Positions 61,256-64,000 of a DNA stretch of 64,000 nt are shown one piece after another. The notes below the pieces were generated by a model. The model made no database searches. It was not told the origin of the DNA and was given only the letters and a program-made list of their open reading frames with translations. The position numbers were made by a program, and so were the translations under genes. The stretch's first letter is position 1, and each line of letters opens with the position of its first letter. Source of the DNA: Ignavibacteriota bacterium (lineage in GTDB: Bacteria > Bacteroidota > Ignavibacteria > UBA10030). The stretch is from assembly GCA_963701295.1 (NCBI GenBank), contig OY969585.1, positions 800,001 through 864,000 of the forward strand, read 5' to 3'.

Positions 61256-62029
61256 TTAGACGACTTCTATTTTTGAATTCACAACTGATTTCATTTCAAA
61301 TATCTTGAAGTGACCCATCCCCCATTTGTTCAACCTGAATTTCAACGCCGTGTTCAGGCAACCCAAACCATATTTCATACTCTGAACAAAATTAATGGAA
61401 GATGCTTCTGGAAAATATTTTGCCGGACACGTTATCTCACCTACACGGAACCCTGCATACAGGATCTGTGAAAGCATCTGATTATCGAAAACAAAGTCAT
61501 TTGAATTATCATCCAAGGAAATCGCTTCCAGGACTTTCCGAGTAAAAGCACGGTAGCCCGTGTGGTATTCCGATAGCTTTTCACCCATCATAACATTTTG
61601 GATGAGTGTTAACAAACGATTATTTATATACTTATATATTGGCATCCCTCCCTGAATGGCTTTTCCTCCAAGGATACGAGAGCCAAGTACAACGTCATAT
61701 TCTCCCGACAAAAGAAGGAACGCCATTGCGGGAATCAGTTTTGGAGTGTACTGATAATCAGGGTGAAGCATTACGACGATATCCGCGCCACTTTGAAGAG
61801 CTGCCCGGTAACAGGACTTTTGATTTCCTCCATAACCAAGATTCTTCGCATGGACGAGCGTACGGATATTAAGACTCTTTGCGACTGCTACCGTGCGGTC
61901 GATACTGGCATCATCAACAAGAAGAACCTCGTCAACAATGTCGAATGGTATTTCGCGATAAGTTGTTACTAGAGTCTTTTCTGCATTATATGCTGGGAGA
62001 ACGACAACGATTTTTTTATTTCGTACCAT
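61256..62029 (-). CDS. GT2 family glycosyltransferase
   Basis: VVLPAYNAEKTL, VDDAS, GYGGNQK, HPDYQY, SEYHTGYRAF. Confidence 0.93.
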   Translation of the reverse strand: MVRNKKIVVVLPAYNAEKTLVTTYREIPFDIVDEVLLVDDASIDRTVAVAKSLNIRTLVHAKNLGYGGNQKSCYRAALQSGADIVVMLHPDYQYTPKLIPAMAFLLLSGEYDVVLGSRILGGKAIQGGMPIYKYINNRLLTLIQNVMMGEKLSEYHTGYRAFTRKVLEAISLDDNSNDFVFDNQMLSQILYAGFRVGEITCPAKYFPEASSINFVQSMKYGLGCLNTALKFRLNKWGMGHFKIFEMKSVVNSKIEVV

Positions 62030-62090
62030 TGACCTGGAGACCTTTCATTAACTTATCTGCACTTGTTCAATTCTAAGAACAATCCATTTA

Positions 62091-64000
62091 TTAATATGCA
62101 ACGCCTCTATTATTGCTTTGTTTGGTGATCTTAATATCTTGTAATTGTGGTGCTTTTACTTTCAATTCAAATCTATATCCTTCAAGAGGTCCCATCGGGA
62201 ACCATGAAAAGTTCATCTGCCAGCAGTGGAGATCCCGCGTAACGCTGACGGACGGAATGAAGTGTTGTTTACTAACAAAGTCATATTGACCACTGGTAGA
62301 GATCTGCCACTTTTCCGTAAGATTGAAAGAAAGGCTTGCATTCATAGTAGATTGACGAGAATAACTTTGTGGAGTTGGCTGCGATTGGGAGAAGTTAAAA
62401 CTCACGCTGATGTTCCAAGGAATACTGAAGTCTGCATCTTCACGGTCATAAATTGAATAATTAATTTTTTTCTGACCTAAAGAAGTCGCCGTTTGCCCTG
62501 AAGCTCTTTCCTGCTCTTGTATGGTACTATCAGGGATACCTGCGTTGCTCGGCTTCTGTTTCTTCTCGCCTTTGAATGATGTGGATAAACTGAGCGAGAA
62601 CGATGTCAAATCACCAAACTTGCCCACTTCCTTCAGCAAGAACTTGTTGACACGCGCGCCTTTTGTACCATTGGCAGTAACAGCATTTGGATCAAAAGCA
62701 TAAAGATTGTAAACCGCATTTCCTGAAATACCAAGATACTGTCCGATGTCTGTACGAAAGTTAATATTCACAGGACTAAAGTTCAACGAGTCGGCAACAA
62801 AGTTATAGTTTGTACTTGCGCCGATATTGATTAACTGGATTTTGTTTTCTGTTTTCGCGCTGTCATTTTTTTGTATTTTCATCTCAAAATTATTTCCAAC
62901 ATTAAATGATCCCGTCATCGAATACTTCTGCATATTGTCGCCATAAATCTGCTTATTGTAAAAAAGTCCGAATTGAGGTGTAACAGTATGACGAATTGCT
63001 GTTATACCGAACATGTCAGGTTGAAACATTCCAAAAAACTTAGTGCTGACATTTACGCCAGTGTTCACAGTTCCTATTATAGTTTTCGTTCGGGAAGTGC
63101 TGTCAGCGAGCAGACTATCTGTGATATTGCGAATCGGCGTTTCATTTTGTGCCCATGTCCGCGCATCATTGAAAGAAAGCGATGGTGATACATTGAAATA
63201 TCCGAGCTTGGGGGGGGAAATCGAGAAAGTAAGTCCTTGTGAGAGCGATTGTGTCTTGGTGTTGAGAAAATCATTGATGGTTGTAAGATTTTGCTCAGAT
63301 GGTGATGATTTAGCTGAATCTACTACCGTAGGAACTTTTGACTGGCTATTGCTTGCATTCGCATTATAGCTAAAACCCAGCATATCAGTAAAGCTCTGAT
63401 CCGATCCTGCGGTTGAGGTAAGTCCTCTCGTCTTAATCGTTTTACGAAAAGGATAAAGAGTAGTTTGCGTAAATGAAATAGATGGCAGCAATTCGTCTAT
63501 TTCACCGGTATCAAGATGTTGTTCACGATGGGCATTGATGGTCAATGACGAGTTTGATGACTCCCAGCTTTTCCAATACGTAGCATCTGAATAGACAATT
63601 TGCTGGAGAATATCGGTCAAGTTGGTACTAAAGTCTTTGAAGTAATTGGCACTTGTAAATGTAAAATCGACATCCAGATGCGAAGATGGGCTGATTTGTT
63701 GGCCATGGGTAATGTGTACATTGTATTCCCGTGATTTATTATAATTGGGATCACTCGGATCTCCTATTGGAGTGCTTGTAATCCGAGCCGTGATGCTGCC
63801 TCCAAAGTTATAGCGCAGTGCGTAGCGAATGTTTGTTTGATCCTGCCATCGTCCGCGTGAATAGATATCGAACATTGTCGCTATATCCCAATAATCGCTT
63901 ACTGCCCAATAATATCCAATATGGCTCAGGTACCATCCATACGTGGCATCTTCACCATAGGCAGGAGTGATAATACCGGACGAACGTCCGGCATGGGCAG
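62091..64000 (-). CDS. lptD: LptD-like LPS assembly outer-membrane protein, C-terminal part (5' end outside window)
   Basis: Frame stays open past 63875 to the window edge: RSSGIITPAYGED...GYYWAVSDYWD; ends RDLHCWQMNFSW...LQDIK. Confidence 0.8.
   Translation of the reverse strand, partial: AHAGRSSGIITPAYGEDATYGWYLSHIGYYWAVSDYWDIATMFDIYSRGRWQDQTNIRYALRYNFGGSITARITSTPIGDPSDPNYNKSREYNVHITHGQQISPSSHLDVDFTFTSANYFKDFSTNLTDILQQIVYSDATYWKSWESSNSSLTINAHREQHLDTGEIDELLPSISFTQTTLYPFRKTIKTRGLTSTAGSDQSFTDMLGFSYNANASNSQSKVPTVVDSAKSSPSEQNLTTINDFLNTKTQSLSQGLTFSISPPKLGYFNVSPSLSFNDARTWAQNETPIRNITDSLLADSTSRTKTIIGTVNTGVNVSTKFFGMFQPDMFGITAIRHTVTPQFGLFYNKQIYGDNMQKYSMTGSFNVGNNFEMKIQKNDSAKTENKIQLINIGASTNYNFVADSLNFSPVNINFRTDIGQYLGISGNAVYNLYAFDPNAVTANGTKGARVNKFLLKEVGKFGDLTSFSLSLSTSFKGEKKQKPSNAGIPDSTIQEQERASGQTATSLGQKKINYSIYDREDADFSIPWNISVSFNFSQSQPTPQSYSRQSTMNASLSFNLTEKWQISTSGQYDFVSKQHFIPSVSVTRDLHCWQMNFSWFPMGPLEGYRFELKVKAPQLQDIKITKQSNNRGVAY

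Overview
Chromosomal window from an FCB-group bacterium; the gene set and protein style suggest an Ignavibacteria-like organism (inference). It holds about 45 mostly housekeeping CDS: hisG with a TrpR-like regulator, etfBA, two tandem glnK-amtB operons, prfC, addAB, an AmmeMemoRadiSam cluster, ettA, a frameshifted citrate synthase, hpnCD, a WD40-caspase/DUF4384/CHASE2-cyclase module, rarA, ddl, a GH44 glycanase, lysA, tig-clpP-clpX and a partial lptD. I saw no integrase, transposase, rRNA or CRISPR array. The most striking signal is upstream of tig. A complete tRNA-Leu(TAG) (57689-57770) sits inside the anticodon loop of a second, tRNA-Leu-shaped shell (57645-57853), and that shell carries a 30-nt double-hairpin insertion in its T-loop. 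Other notable items: an AmmeMemoRadiSam system with apparent export signals next to a membrane SpeE-like protein, two palindromic operators on the start codons of the regulator and hisG, and a relic second copy of the merR 3' end just downstream of gltA. All product calls come from motif recognition by eye; no database searches were run.
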